Below, piece by piece: positions 29,416-39,946 of a stretch of DNA of 64,000 nucleotides. Under the pieces are notes generated by a model. The model did no database searches and had not been told where the DNA came from. It saw only the letters and a program-made list of their open reading frames with translations. Source of the DNA: an uncultured Arcobacteraceae bacterium (lineage in GTDB: Bacteria; Campylobacterota; Campylobacteria; Campylobacterales; Arcobacteraceae); contig CAXHZO010000004.1 in assembly GCA_964022095.1 (NCBI GenBank), positions 71,593 to 135,592 of the forward strand, written 5' to 3'. The translations under genes were made by a program, and so were the position numbers. The first letter of the stretch is position 1; each line of letters begins with the position of its first letter.

Positions 29416-30078
29416 ATGAAACTATTAATTAAAACTGTTTTAATATTGTTTGTTATTTTCACAACAATGCTTTTGATTTTCAAATTTAGTGGTATATTAA
29501 GTGTTGAAGATATAAAACAAATATTTACAAATTTAAAATCACAACCTTCATATATTTTAGGCTCACTTATCGTAATATTGTTATTTATTGATCTATTTAT
29601 TGCCGTTCCAACTATGACTATTATTTTACTAGCTGGATATTTTATCGGCTTTGAATTAGCATTGTTTTATACATTTATAGGACTTTTAAGTGCTTCATTA
29701 ACTGGGTATTTTTTATCAAAAAAATATGGAGAAAAAGTTTTAGATAAACTCTCTTCTAATGAGCAACAAAAACTTGAAATGAAAGAATTATTTAATAAAC
29801 ATGGTGTTTTAGTATTAGTATTATCCCGTGCTGTACCAATGCTTCCTGAAGTATCTTCTTGTCTAGCAGGTACTTGCAAAATGACTTTAAAAAGATTCTT
29901 ACTAGCTTGGTCAATAGGTACAGTTCCCTACCTAACAGTTATTACATATGCAGGGTCAATTAGCAACTTTGATAATCCAATGCCAGCAATAATAGCAGCT
30001 GTTGCAATAACTTTACTTTTTTGGGTTTTATGGTTAGTTTTTATAAGAATAAATAAAATAAAAACTCAAAAGTATTAA
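29416..30078 (+). CDS. DedA/VTT (TVP38/SNARE-associated) family membrane protein
   Basis: DLFIAVPT..I...AG, VLSRAVPMLPE and LAG...M..KRF. Confidence 0.85.
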   Translation: MKLLIKTVLILFVIFTTMLLIFKFSGILSVEDIKQIFTNLKSQPSYILGSLIVILLFIDLFIAVPTMTIILLAGYFIGFELALFYTFIGLLSASLTGYFLSKKYGEKVLDKLSSNEQQKLEMKELFNKHGVLVLVLSRAVPMLPEVSSCLAGTCKMTLKRFLLAWSIGTVPYLTVITYAGSISNFDNPMPAIIAAVAITLLFWVLWLVFIRINKIKTQKY

Positions 30079-30089
30079 ATAGGAATATT

Positions 30090-31070
30090 ATGAAGTTATT
30101 ACTTGTATCTTTTTTTATAATATTATTAACTGGCTGTTCTTCTAAAAAAGAGATTACTAATTTTAAGATAACTTCTTTTGATAAAATTGATGGTTTTTAT
30201 GAAGACAATCTTACCTATGCTTTTGAAGTTTTTAAAAAGAATTGCGAAAAATCAAAAAGATTTGATTATCTAAAAAACGTTTGTGCTAAAAGTGAAGCAC
30301 AAACAAATGCCTATAAGTTTTTTACAGAAAATTTTACTCCATATTTAATAATTGATGATAAAGGTAATAGCATAGGTGAGACTACAGGTTATTATGAACC
30401 CGTTTTAAATGGAAGTCTTACAAAAAATCATAAGTATAAATACCCAATATATGAAATGCCTAAAAGCAAAGATATTGGAACAAGAGCTCAAATAAATAGT
30501 CAAAATGATTTTAAAGCAATATGTTATGTCTCTAATGAAACAGATTTGTATTTATTGCATTTGCAAGGTTCTGGAAAAATAAAAATAGATGAAAATAATA
30601 CTTTAAATTTGGTATATGCAGGGAACAATGGGAAAAAGTACAATTCAGTTGGAAAATATATGATAAAAAAAGATTATATAAAATCCTATAAAGCAACAAT
30701 TCAAGGTATGAAAAAATTTTTAGATGAAAACCCAAAAAAAGTAAGTGAAATTTTAAATCAAAATGAAAGGTATGTTTTTTTTAAAGTTATTGGTAAAAAA
30801 CCAGTTGGTAGTTTAGGAGTTGAATTAACACCTAAAAGAAGTATTGCAGTAGATACAAATTATATAAAACTTGGACTGCCAGTTTTTTTACATACAAAAA
30901 ATCCAATTTCAAATAAAGATATAAAAAAAATTGTTATTGCAAATGATAGAGGTGTAGATATAAAAGGTAAAGTAAGAGCTGATTATTTCTGGGGAAGTGG
31001 CAGTGAAGCTTTAAAATATGCTGGAAGAATGAAAGAAAAGAGTAGACTTATAGTTCTTATGCCAAAATGA
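30090..31070 (+). CDS. mltA: Membrane-bound lytic transglycosylase MltA (lipoprotein)
   Basis: Lipobox LTGC, TGYYEP, LQGSG, RSIAVD, DRG.DIKG.VRADYFWG and AGRMK. Confidence 0.9.
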   Translation: MKLLLVSFFIILLTGCSSKKEITNFKITSFDKIDGFYEDNLTYAFEVFKKNCEKSKRFDYLKNVCAKSEAQTNAYKFFTENFTPYLIIDDKGNSIGETTGYYEPVLNGSLTKNHKYKYPIYEMPKSKDIGTRAQINSQNDFKAICYVSNETDLYLLHLQGSGKIKIDENNTLNLVYAGNNGKKYNSVGKYMIKKDYIKSYKATIQGMKKFLDENPKKVSEILNQNERYVFFKVIGKKPVGSLGVELTPKRSIAVDTNYIKLGLPVFLHTKNPISNKDIKKIVIANDRGVDIKGKVRADYFWGSGSEALKYAGRMKEKSRLIVLMPK

Positions 31071-31077
31071 GTGTTGT

Positions 31078-31317
31078 TTAATCACAACACCCATTTCCAC
31101 AGCAGTTATCTCTAGCATCAGTATAAAATGAAATTACAAAATTATTGTACATCTCTTGAACTTCAAACTCATGTTTCTTACAAAATTCACTATTCATTTT
31201 ATCTTTCATTTCAATTGCTTTTAATAATGCATCATCTTTTGAAGTAAATTGTAAATTACTTTCTAAACTACTTCTTTTAAAACAACCACATTGGTTAGAA
31301 ACTACAACTTTATACAT
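31078..31317 (-). CDS. Small Cys-rich hypothetical protein
   Basis: 79 aa with SD AAGGA; CGCF, FCKKH and a C-terminal CCGNGCC. Confidence 0.75.
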   Translation of the reverse strand: MYKVVVSNQCGCFKRSSLESNLQFTSKDDALLKAIEMKDKMNSEFCKKHEFEVQEMYNNFVISFYTDARDNCCGNGCCD

Positions 31318-31431
31318 ATTTAATCCTTTTAATAATTGTTAATATTTGTTTGCAAGGATACCAAATTTTCTATTAAAGCGGTTTGAGAAGTAAATAAAGA
31401 TAAAATACTATAATTTAAGACAAGGAATATA

Positions 31432-32238
31432 ATGCACATTACTAATATCATATCTCAATATTTTGGAAAGTTTGCATCAAAAGAGTTTCCGCCATTTTTT
31501 CAAAAAATTATAAACAATAGTTATGCAAAAATAATGAAACTTGATTTAAGTGAGTTTAAAAAAGCAAAGTTCTATAAATCTTTGAATGCCTTATTCACAA
31601 GAGAATTAATTATCAAAAGACAATTTGATAAAGATGAAAATGTAATTATTTCTCCAAGTGATAGTTTAATCACTGAGTGTGGAAAGATACAAGCTGATAC
31701 TGCTTTACAAATCAAAGGTATGGAATATAGTGTTGAAGAGTTATTAACTTATTACAGTAAAGATAACTATAAAAGAGTTAAAGATGGAGAGTTTATGAAC
31801 TTCTATCTATCTCCTAAAGATTATCACAGGTACCACTCTCCTTGTGATTTTATTCTAAAAAAATTAATTCATGTTCCAGGTAAACTTTATCCAGTGAATT
31901 TAAAATATTTAAATAAAGAACTTGATTTATTTGTTCAAAATGAAAGAGTAATTCTAGAATGTGAAAATAATGGAAGATTGTTTTACTTAGTTTATGTAGG
32001 TGCTCTAAACGTTGGTCAAATGGTATTTGAATTTGAACCAAGAGTTGAAACAAATAAAGATACTAGTGAAATAAAAGTGTATGAATATGATAATATTGAA
32101 ATATCAAAAGGTGAATGTATGGGATATTTCAAAATGGGTTCAACTGTAGTAATGCTTTGGGAGAATAATATTATTGAATTAGATAATTTATTAAATAAAG
32201 ACGTTAAATTTGGGCAAAAAATAGCTACATATAAGTAA
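31432..32238 (+). CDS. psd: Phosphatidylserine decarboxylase
   Basis: ISPSD, YLSPKDYHRYHSP, NERV, VGALNVG and FKMGSTVV (GST cleavage site). Confidence 0.93.
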   Translation: MHITNIISQYFGKFASKEFPPFFQKIINNSYAKIMKLDLSEFKKAKFYKSLNALFTRELIIKRQFDKDENVIISPSDSLITECGKIQADTALQIKGMEYSVEELLTYYSKDNYKRVKDGEFMNFYLSPKDYHRYHSPCDFILKKLIHVPGKLYPVNLKYLNKELDLFVQNERVILECENNGRLFYLVYVGALNVGQMVFEFEPRVETNKDTSEIKVYEYDNIEISKGECMGYFKMGSTVVMLWENNIIELDNLLNKDVKFGQKIATYK

Positions 32239-32311
32239 AATTATTTTTTAATAAGTTTATTTCATAAAAATTTAGATAAAATAATAGCTAGTTTTAAGAA
32301 TTGGAAAAATT

Positions 32312-34366
32312 ATGAGTAATAAAATATTTTTAAAAATCGGATGGATGTTTATTTTAGGGCTACTAGCATATTTGTTATTCGTAGTTTTCTATTTGTCTCC
32401 TAAGGTTAATACTTATCTAAGTGAAACAGAAGTTCAAAATTCAAGAGTACAATATAATAAAATTGTAACAATAATAAATAATAAATCAAGATCAATTGAA
32501 GAAAAAGATAAAAAAAGATTTATAGAAAATATGAGAATCCTCCTTTCTAGTGTAACATTAGGGAAGAGTGGATTTATTTATATTTTTGATTCAAAAGGTC
32601 AGGTTATTGTTGACCCAAGCGGAGAGTTTGCCTCTCAAGACTTATCAAAACTTATACTACCTAGTACTAACAATAAACTTTTGATTGATGAAATAAAAAA
32701 TGCTTACGCTTCAAGACAGGCTTTTGAATATAAATGGAATAGAATATATGATCCATATAATTACAATTATGACAAAATATCATGGGTTGAATATAATAAA
32801 AAATTAGACTGGTATATCGTATCATCAATTTATAAAGAAGATTTCACAAGTTTTGTTGATGGTACAAATAGTCTAATTTTAAATATTTCTATGCTTTTAT
32901 TTGGAATACTTTCTGCTATTGCTATATTTATTGGAATAAAAGTAATTGCACCTTTAAATAAAATGTTTCAAAATGTTCAAAAGGCAAATAGCTATAATCC
33001 AGGTTCAATTGATAGTGGAAAATCAAAAGATGAAATAGGATTCTTAGCAAGTCAATTCAATACTTTATTAGACCAAGTTGAAACAAGTAAGAACACTTTA
33101 GATGAACAAGTTGAAAGTAAAACACAAGAAATAAAAAATAAACTTTATTATGATGAGTTAACAAATTTAAAAAATAGAAATGCCTTAGAAGATGAAATAA
33201 AACAGAATGATTTTGTATCGGTTGCATTAATTGATATTGATGCATTTGACGATATTAATGAATTATATGGATTCTCAACTGGTAACTTAGTTTTAATAGA
33301 AACTGCTAAAATATTAACTGACTTTGCAAATAAACATAGTGTTGCAGCACATAGAATTTATGGAAATGTTTTTGCACTTGTTGATAAGAAAATGATGGGC
33401 TTTAGTAGATATAATGAGTTTATTGAAGATTTATCAAAACTATTTAAAAACAATCCAATCATTTTAGATGATTTAGATTTAGAGATCAGTATCAATATTA
33501 CTTTAGGTATTTCTATCGCTCAAGATGAACCATTAAAAACAGCAGGAATTGCCCTTAAAAAAGCAAAGAAAAATAATATTCCATATTTCGTATATAACAA
33601 TGAAATAGATACAAAAGAGATAATTAAAAAATCTATGTATTGGAGAGAGAAAATAAAACTTGCTTTACAAAACAATAAAGTATTACCTTTTTATCAACCA
33701 ATATTTAATAGAAATAAAGAGATAGTTAAATATGAAACTCTAATGAGAATTGAAGATATTAATGAAGAGGGAAAAACTGTATTTTTATCTCCTTATTTCT
33801 TTTTTGATGTTGCTATAAAAACAAAACAATATTTACCTTTATCAAATAGAGTTATTTCACAAGCATTTTCAGATTTAACAAAAACAGAAAAACAAATAAC
33901 TTTAAATCTAAGTTTTAAAGATATCATGGATGCAGACTTTAATGAATCGCTAAATAAAAATTTAGATAAAGTTGATAGTGAAAGTAAAGAAAGAATTGTA
34001 TTTGAAATTTTAGAAAGTGATTATATTTCTGATTATACTTTACTTGAAGAGTTTATTAAAAGGTATAGAGCTCAAGGAATTAAAATTGCCATTGATGACT
34101 TTGGTACAGGGTATTCAAATTTTGCTCATATCTTGAAAATTAGACCTGATTATATTAAAATTGATGGTTCTTTAATTAAAAATATTAATACAGATAAAAA
34201 TTCCTATGAGATGGTAAAATCAATTATTGACTTTACAAAGGCTCTAAATATTAGAGTAGTTGCAGAGTTTATTCATAATGAAGAGGTATTTGATATCGTA
34301 ATGGAACTTGGTGTAGATGAATTTCAAGGTTTCTATTTAGGTGAACCTGCTCCTCATATTGAGTAG
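32312..34366 (+). CDS. Cache-HAMP-GGDEF(degenerate)-EAL protein, probable c-di-GMP phosphodiesterase
   Basis: Two TM segments; Cache-like GKSGFIYIFD; HAMP DEIGFL; GGDEF site reads YGNVF; EAL motifs ETLMR, FEILE, IDDFGTGYSN, IKIDGS, VAEF and QGFYL. Confidence 0.88.
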   Translation: MSNKIFLKIGWMFILGLLAYLLFVVFYLSPKVNTYLSETEVQNSRVQYNKIVTIINNKSRSIEEKDKKRFIENMRILLSSVTLGKSGFIYIFDSKGQVIVDPSGEFASQDLSKLILPSTNNKLLIDEIKNAYASRQAFEYKWNRIYDPYNYNYDKISWVEYNKKLDWYIVSSIYKEDFTSFVDGTNSLILNISMLLFGILSAIAIFIGIKVIAPLNKMFQNVQKANSYNPGSIDSGKSKDEIGFLASQFNTLLDQVETSKNTLDEQVESKTQEIKNKLYYDELTNLKNRNALEDEIKQNDFVSVALIDIDAFDDINELYGFSTGNLVLIETAKILTDFANKHSVAAHRIYGNVFALVDKKMMGFSRYNEFIEDLSKLFKNNPIILDDLDLEISINITLGISIAQDEPLKTAGIALKKAKKNNIPYFVYNNEIDTKEIIKKSMYWREKIKLALQNNKVLPFYQPIFNRNKEIVKYETLMRIEDINEEGKTVFLSPYFFFDVAIKTKQYLPLSNRVISQAFSDLTKTEKQITLNLSFKDIMDADFNESLNKNLDKVDSESKERIVFEILESDYISDYTLLEEFIKRYRAQGIKIAIDDFGTGYSNFAHILKIRPDYIKIDGSLIKNINTDKNSYEMVKSIIDFTKALNIRVVAEFIHNEEVFDIVMELGVDEFQGFYLGEPAPHIE

Positions 34367-34427
34367 TTTTAATTAAACAAAAGCTTTTTTTTGTAAGAAT
34401 AACTATATAAAAAATTAAGGATATAAA

Positions 34428-34655
34428 ATGTCAACAATTACTGAATTAGGAACATTACCATTAGCTGGTACAAAAAAAGGAAAGATTTCAATCTCAAATG
34501 TAACTGAGCCTTATGGTAAAGATACACCAGATATTGTAAGTATTGGTATTTCTCTAAATGGTCAAGATGTACAATGGAAGTCTCATATTCCATATGAAAA
34601 TTTAGATGATGTAATAGAAATATTAAAAGAAGCTAGCGAAGCTAAAAAGAGCTAA
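34428..34655 (+). CDS. Hypothetical 75-aa protein
   Basis: SD AAGGA, globular composition, followed by a terminator. Confidence 0.75.
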   Translation: MSTITELGTLPLAGTKKGKISISNVTEPYGKDTPDIVSIGISLNGQDVQWKSHIPYENLDDVIEILKEASEAKKS

Positions 34656-34671
34656 GTATTTAGTTTGAAGT

Positions 34672-34703
34672 TAAAAGAACTAAAGTTATCTTTAGTTCTT
34701 TTA
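34672..34703. terminator. Bidirectional terminator
   Basis: TAAAAGAACTAAAG-TTAT-CTTTAGTTCTTTTA, a perfect 14-bp stem between convergent genes. Confidence 0.75.
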
Positions 34704-34713
34704 TAAGAAGGAA

Positions 34714-34926
34714 TTATTTTTTAAGTGATTCTTTCACTTTATTATCTTCTTTTTCCTCTTTAACCTTTAGCTTCTCTTTAAGCTCTTGCTCTTTTTGATC
34801 TACTTGTTTTTTGATCTTAACTTTTACAACTTGTTGCTCATTATTTACTTTTTCGTTTGCTTGTAAAGCAATAAGACTTGTAAGACCTACTAGAACTAAA
34901 GCTGCACTTTTTAAAATGATTTTCAT
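34714..34926 (-). CDS. Small exported Lys/Glu-rich protein
   Basis: Signal peptide ending ALQA; SD AGGAG. Confidence 0.7.
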   Translation of the reverse strand: MKIILKSAALVLVGLTSLIALQANEKVNNEQQVVKVKIKKQVDQKEQELKEKLKVKEEKEDNKVKESLKK

Positions 34927-34969
34927 TTTGATTTCTCCTATTTTTTAAATGTAAACGAAGTATATATAA

Positions 34970-34991
34970 TAAGTGTTAGTTAAGTGTAAGT
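34970..34991 (-). promoter_or_regulatory. Tandem 11-bp direct repeat, candidate OmpR/PhoB-family operator
   Basis: TAAGTGTTAGT-TAAGTGTAAGT, upstream of a minus-strand TATACT -10 box at 34959..34964. Confidence 0.5.
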
Positions 34992-35075
34992 TCTAATTTT
35001 ATTTGATATTTTATTATTTTTCTATTATACTCATCATCTTTTCAAAAAGATTAAAAAGTATATTAAGAGGTAAAA

Positions 35076-35549
35076 ATGTCAACTATTTTCAAAATATTTT
35101 TTAGCATAATTTTTATTGTTGTTTCTACTGGATGTGTGAAGAAAGAAATAAAAATACGAAATATTGAAACTCCTATAGAACCCATCAAAAAAATAAAAAA
35201 GCCTATTAAAAAAACAAAAGAACCTATTAAAAAAGTAAAAAAAATAGTTCATACATATAAATATTGTAATAAACATAGAGATGATATGCTTTTTTCAAAG
35301 AACTATATTTTAAATGAGTTTGAAAAAGCATATTTTTCTAAAAAAGATGTCTTAGGTGCTAAAGCTCAACTTTTTTTAGTTGAAAGTAACTCTCCTTCAG
35401 TTTTTGCAAAAAATATAAATGCAGCTATTAAGGTATATGATAAAAATTATAATAAAGCAAAGAAAAATAGCTGTAATCTAAAAAAATTTAAAACCCACCC
35501 TCTTTTAATAATCAAATCAAAAATTAAAACTATAAAAGGAAAACTATGA
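35076..35549 (+). CDS. Putative lipoprotein, Lys-rich
   Basis: Hydrophobic signal ending STGC; PIKK repeats; SD GAGG. Confidence 0.7.
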   Translation: MSTIFKIFFSIIFIVVSTGCVKKEIKIRNIETPIEPIKKIKKPIKKTKEPIKKVKKIVHTYKYCNKHRDDMLFSKNYILNEFEKAYFSKKDVLGAKAQLFLVESNSPSVFAKNINAAIKVYDKNYNKAKKNSCNLKKFKTHPLLIIKSKIKTIKGKL

Positions 35550-35797
35550 AAGCTAAAAAAGCTTTAATATTTATATTCTTAATTATATTATGTACAAGTT
35601 CTTTTTCTCAATCAACAAAAATTGATAATCTACTTTTACAAATTCATGAATCTAAAGATTCAGTTGAAAAAAAAGAACTAATAAACCAGTTAAAAGAAGA
35701 ATTAGCTACTAAAAACATAAAAGCTCAAGAAGAATCAAACGCAATTATAAAAGCAAAAAGTAAACTTCCAACAAAATCTTTTAAAATAGAAAAGTAA
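35546..35797 (+). CDS. Small exported hypothetical protein
   Basis: Signal-like N-terminus; ATGA overlap with the preceding gene. Confidence 0.65.
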   Translation: MKAKKALIFIFLIILCTSSFSQSTKIDNLLLQIHESKDSVEKKELINQLKEELATKNIKAQEESNAIIKAKSKLPTKSFKIEK

Positions 35798-35801
35798 AGT
35801 A

Positions 35802-36446
35802 ATGAATAAAGAAGTGAAAATTCTTTTACTAGAAGATGATAATATTTTAGCTCAAAGTATGGTTGATTTACTCGTTTATGAAGGTTATGATGTGACTTTG
35901 GTAAGTGATGGTGAAGAGGTTCTTGAATCAACTTATGATAATAAGTATGATTTATATCTTTTTGATATAAATGTTCCTTTATTAAATGGAAAAGAGACTT
36001 TAAAACTTCTAAGGGATGCTCAAGATAATACTCCAACTTTTTTTATTACAGCATTGATTGATACTAAATCAACACTAGAAGGCTTTAATTGTGGCTGTGA
36101 TGATTATATAAAAAAGCCTTTTGATACAGATGAACTTCTTGCAAGAGTAAAAGCTACATTAAAAAGAAGAAATCCAACTATATCATATGGAAAAATAAAT
36201 TTTGATTTACTCGAAAATAGAGTTTTTAAAGATAACAAAGAAGTTTCTTTAGGAAATGTAGAAAAAGATGTTTTTGCTCTTCTTATAAGAAATGTTGGCA
36301 TTACAGTAGATAAATCCACTTTTTTTGATTATATGAATAAACCCTCAGATACAGCACTTAGAGTATTAATAAGTAAATTAAAGAAAATACTTAATCTAGA
36401 GATAATAAATATAAAAGGAATAGGGTACAAACTTGAAGAAATATGA
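35802..36446 (+). CDS. OmpR-family response regulator (DccR/CrdR-like)
   Basis: LLLEDD, FDINVP, GCDDYIKKPF and KGIGYKL. Confidence 0.92.
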   Translation: MNKEVKILLLEDDNILAQSMVDLLVYEGYDVTLVSDGEEVLESTYDNKYDLYLFDINVPLLNGKETLKLLRDAQDNTPTFFITALIDTKSTLEGFNCGCDDYIKKPFDTDELLARVKATLKRRNPTISYGKINFDLLENRVFKDNKEVSLGNVEKDVFALLIRNVGITVDKSTFFDYMNKPSDTALRVLISKLKKILNLEIINIKGIGYKLEEI

Positions 36447-37479
36447 AAAGAAATATCTACTAACAACTACTTTTTTATTTTTTATTCCTCTTATAATTTT
36501 TTCATCTATAGTACTTTATATGTATCATCAAGATAAAATTAACTACATTAGGGAGAATATTTTATATCAGATGAAAGATTATACTTTTGATTTTAAAAGT
36601 GATAAATTTTCTTTAGATATTGTAGAGTATAGTAATAAAAAAGAAACTTTTAAAATCTATGATTGTACTGAAGGACTTTGTGCATATTTTAAGATGCCTA
36701 CAAAGGGTCCTTATTTATTAAAAGTAATTTATGATAAAAAGAAATATCAAAAAGTTTATAATGATTTTTTAATGAAAATATTTAATTTTAGTATCTTTAT
36801 TTTTGTCTTTATTTTACTTATTTCTATATTTTTTGCTATGTATTCAATGCGTCCAATGAAAGAAGCACTTACTTTATTAGAAACTTTTTTAAAAGATTTA
36901 ATTCATGATTTAAATACACCAGCTACTTCAATTTTATTAAATACAAAACTTCTAAGAAGACGAGGTGATTTTAAAGAGATAGAAAGAATTGAGTTAAGTG
37001 CTAAAACTATATCTTCTTTGTATAAAAATTTAGAGTTTATAAATCCAAAAGAGATTATAAAAAATGAGAGTATTTCAATTAAAGAATTAGTTGACAATAA
37101 AATAGAACTTTTAGAAAAGATATATCCAAGAGTGACTTTTGAAAGAACCCAAAAGAATTTAAATATTAAAAGTAATAAAAATGGTGTAGATAGAATTATA
37201 GATAACCTTCTTACTAATGCTTGTAAATATAATAAAAAAAATGGAAAGGTAAGTATAAATATAGAAGATAATATACTTACTATTGAAGATACTGGAGTAG
37301 GAATCAAAGATATAAAGAAAGTTTTTAAAAGATACTATAAAGAGAATGAAAATGGCTTAGGAATAGGCATGAATATAGTTAAAAACTTATGTGATATCTT
37401 AGAAATACAAATAGATATTAAAAGTGAAGTATCAAAAGGAACTAAAATAACTTTAGTTTTTCCCCAAACAATAAAATAG
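36433..37479 (+). CDS. Sensor histidine kinase
   Basis: Two TM segments, H-box IHDLNTP, NLLTNACKY, DTGVGI and GLGIGM. Confidence 0.92.
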   Translation: MKKYEKKYLLTTTFLFFIPLIIFSSIVLYMYHQDKINYIRENILYQMKDYTFDFKSDKFSLDIVEYSNKKETFKIYDCTEGLCAYFKMPTKGPYLLKVIYDKKKYQKVYNDFLMKIFNFSIFIFVFILLISIFFAMYSMRPMKEALTLLETFLKDLIHDLNTPATSILLNTKLLRRRGDFKEIERIELSAKTISSLYKNLEFINPKEIIKNESISIKELVDNKIELLEKIYPRVTFERTQKNLNIKSNKNGVDRIIDNLLTNACKYNKKNGKVSINIEDNILTIEDTGVGIKDIKKVFKRYYKENENGLGIGMNIVKNLCDILEIQIDIKSEVSKGTKITLVFPQTIK

Positions 37480-37499
37480 TAAAGATTAACTTATTATTG

Positions 37500-37508
37500 T
37501 GCTATAAT
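37500..37508 (+). promoter_or_regulatory. Extended -10 promoter of the rimK cluster
   Basis: TGcTATAAT 23 nt before the ATG, with SD AAGGA in between. Confidence 0.55.
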
Positions 37509-37531
37509 TTTCTTTTATTAAGGAACTAATT

Positions 37532-37957
37532 ATGTCTAAAAAAATTGTAGTAGGTAGAAAAGAAATTATTTCTATTTTAGATCTAGAATTGTTTGACTTA
37601 GATGCAAAAATTGATACAGGTGCTGATTCAAATGCTTTACATTGTGATGATATATTTATAGATGAAGATAACTTTGTTCACTTCACTTTATTAGATGAAA
37701 TTCATCCTTCTTATCATGGCAAAAAAATTAAAATACCTCTATACAAATTAAAAAAAGTAAAAAGCTCAAATGGAGCCACCCAGACTAGACCATCAATAAA
37801 AGTAAAAGTAAATTTTATGGGCAAAGAGTTGTATAGTGTTATATCTTTAACTAATAGAGCAGATATGAAATTTCCAATGTTAATTGGAAGAAAGTTTTTG
37901 TCTGGCAACTTTTTAGTGGATGTTTCAAAAGAGTATTTATCAAAAGAAGAGAATTAA
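37532..37957 (+). CDS. RimB-like retropepsin-fold protease (RimK-associated)
   Basis: [23 protein letters not shown]...RP and [15 protein letters not shown]. Confidence 0.85.
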   Translation: MSKKIVVGRKEIISILDLELFDLDAKIDTGADSNALHCDDIFIDEDNFVHFTLLDEIHPSYHGKKIKIPLYKLKKVKSSNGATQTRPSIKVKVNFMGKELYSVISLTNRADMKFPMLIGRKFLSGNFLVDVSKEYLSKEEN

Positions 37958-37959
37958 AA

Positions 37960-38895
37960 ATGAGAGTTTATATATTATCAAGAAATGAAAACTTGTATTC
38001 AACTAAAAGATTAGTTGAAGCAGGGGAACAAAAAGGTTGGGAAATTAGAGTAATTGATTACTTAAAGTGTAGTATTGAAATTATGAAAGGTGAACTTAAA
38101 ATCAATTATAAAGGTGAAGAGTTACCAATACCTGATGCAATAATTCCAAGAATTGGAGCAAGTAGGACTTTTTATGGTACTGCAATGGTAAGACACTTTG
38201 AGATGATGGATGTATTTAGTGTAACAGGAAGCCTTGCAATTAAAAGAAGTAGAGATAAACTAAGAAGTTTACAAATACTTTCAAAACATGATGTTGATAT
38301 GCCAAAGACTGTATTTGCTTCAAATAAATCAAGTGCAAAAGATGTTATTGAATTAAGCGGAGGTGCACCATTAGTTTTAAAAATCTTAGAAGGAACTCAA
38401 GGTGTGGGAGTTGTTTTAGTTGATAGTGAAAAAGCTGCTAAATCAGTACTTGATGCTTTTTATGGAATGGATGTAAATTTATTAGTTCAAGAGTTTATTG
38501 AAGAAGCAGGGGGAGCTGATATTAGAGCTTTTGTTGTAAATGGTGAAGTTGTCGGTGCGATGAAACGACAAGGAGCAGAGGGTGATTTTAGATCAAACTT
38601 ACATCAAGGTGGAAGTGCAACATCATATAAACTAACAAGAAAAGAAAAATCAACTGCCCTAGCTGCTGCAAAAGCAATGGGTCTTGGTGTTTGTGGTGTT
38701 GATATGATTCCTTCAAGTAGAGGCCCTCTTGTAATGGAAGTAAATTCAAGTCCAGGATTAGAGGGAATTGAAAAATCAACAAATATTGATATTGCTTCAA
38801 AAGTGATGGATTATATACATCAAAATGTAACACCAAAAAATGATGATGAACCAAAAAGAAAGAAAAGAATAAAAAGAGATAATATTGGAGCATAG
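37960..38895 (+). CDS. rimK: RimK family alpha-L-glutamate ligase
   Basis: [41 protein letters not shown] and [12 protein letters not shown]. Confidence 0.95.
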   Translation: MRVYILSRNENLYSTKRLVEAGEQKGWEIRVIDYLKCSIEIMKGELKINYKGEELPIPDAIIPRIGASRTFYGTAMVRHFEMMDVFSVTGSLAIKRSRDKLRSLQILSKHDVDMPKTVFASNKSSAKDVIELSGGAPLVLKILEGTQGVGVVLVDSEKAAKSVLDAFYGMDVNLLVQEFIEEAGGADIRAFVVNGEVVGAMKRQGAEGDFRSNLHQGGSATSYKLTRKEKSTALAAAKAMGLGVCGVDMIPSSRGPLVMEVNSSPGLEGIEKSTNIDIASKVMDYIHQNVTPKNDDEPKRKKRIKRDNIGA

Positions 38896-39946
38896 CTTGA
38901 ATACTGACAAATATATATTTGGTGGAATTGAAGTTAAAAAAGGTGAAACAAAAACTATTAATTTAGAGTTACCAAAACTTTATAGTACACCAACAAGTTT
39001 ACCTATTAGAGTAATAAGAGGTAAAAAAGATGGTCCAATGATTTTTATAAGTGCTGCTATTCATGGTGATGAATTAAACGGCATTGAAATTATTAGACGT
39101 CTTAGAAAACTAAAAGTTCTTAGTAGATTAAAAGGAACTTTAGTTTTAGTTCCCATTGTAAATGTATATGGAATAATGACTCTATCAAGGTATTTACCTG
39201 ATAGAAGAGATTTAAATAGAAGTTTTCCAGGAAGTAGTAAAGGCTCACTTGCAAGTAGAATTGCAAAAATTTTTTATGATGAGGTTTTAAGTAAATGTGA
39301 TTTAGGAATGGATTTGCATACTGGTGCAATCCATAAATCAAACTTACCACAAGTGAGAACAAATATAAAAGATGAAAAAACATTTGCTCTTGCAAAAGCT
39401 TTTGAAGCACCAGTTGTATTGCATAGTGATTTAAGAGATGGTTCGTTAAGAGCTACAGCTTTAGAAAATAATATTCCTGTACTTTTATATGAAGCTGGTG
39501 AGGCATTACGATTTGATGAAACTTCAATTAGAATTGGTGTAAAAGGAATTGTAAATGTGTTAAGAGAGCTTAATATGCTCCCTCAAATCACTAAAAAAAG
39601 AGCATATAAAACTCCTATCGTTTCACAAAATAGTTCTTGGACTAGATCAAATGGAAGTGGAATGTTAAGAACTATAAAAGCTTTAGGTGATATTGTACAA
39701 GAAGGTGAAATTATAGCTTATATTGATGAACCTTTAGATGATGATAGTTTAGAAATAAAAGCCTCTTTTGATGGAGTAATTATAGGTAAATCTCAAATTC
39801 CTCTAGTTCAAGAAGGGGATGCGATTTTTCATATAGCTAAATTAAAAGATTTACAAATTGCTGAAGATAAAATTGAGTATTTTAATGAAGATGCAATTGA
39901 GCAAAGTGAGTTTGTAGAATTAAACGCGGAAGAGATTATAGAGTAG
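38885..39946 (+). CDS. Succinylglutamate desuccinylase/aspartoacylase family metallopeptidase
   Basis: [23 protein letters not shown] and YEAGE. Confidence 0.9.
   Translation: MEHSLNTDKYIFGGIEVKKGETKTINLELPKLYSTPTSLPIRVIRGKKDGPMIFISAAIHGDELNGIEIIRRLRKLKVLSRLKGTLVLVPIVNVYGIMTLSRYLPDRRDLNRSFPGSSKGSLASRIAKIFYDEVLSKCDLGMDLHTGAIHKSNLPQVRTNIKDEKTFALAKAFEAPVVLHSDLRDGSLRATALENNIPVLLYEAGEALRFDETSIRIGVKGIVNVLRELNMLPQITKKRAYKTPIVSQNSSWTRSNGSGMLRTIKALGDIVQEGEIIAYIDEPLDDDSLEIKASFDGVIIGKSQIPLVQEGDAIFHIAKLKDLQIAEDKIEYFNEDAIEQSEFVELNAEEIIE

Noticed and set aside
35170-35245. Short CCTAT/CCCAT-AAAA repeats as a CRISPR or VNTR
   Set aside because: They are degenerate coding repeats (PIE/PIKK) in a lipoprotein linker, with no repeat-spacer structure.
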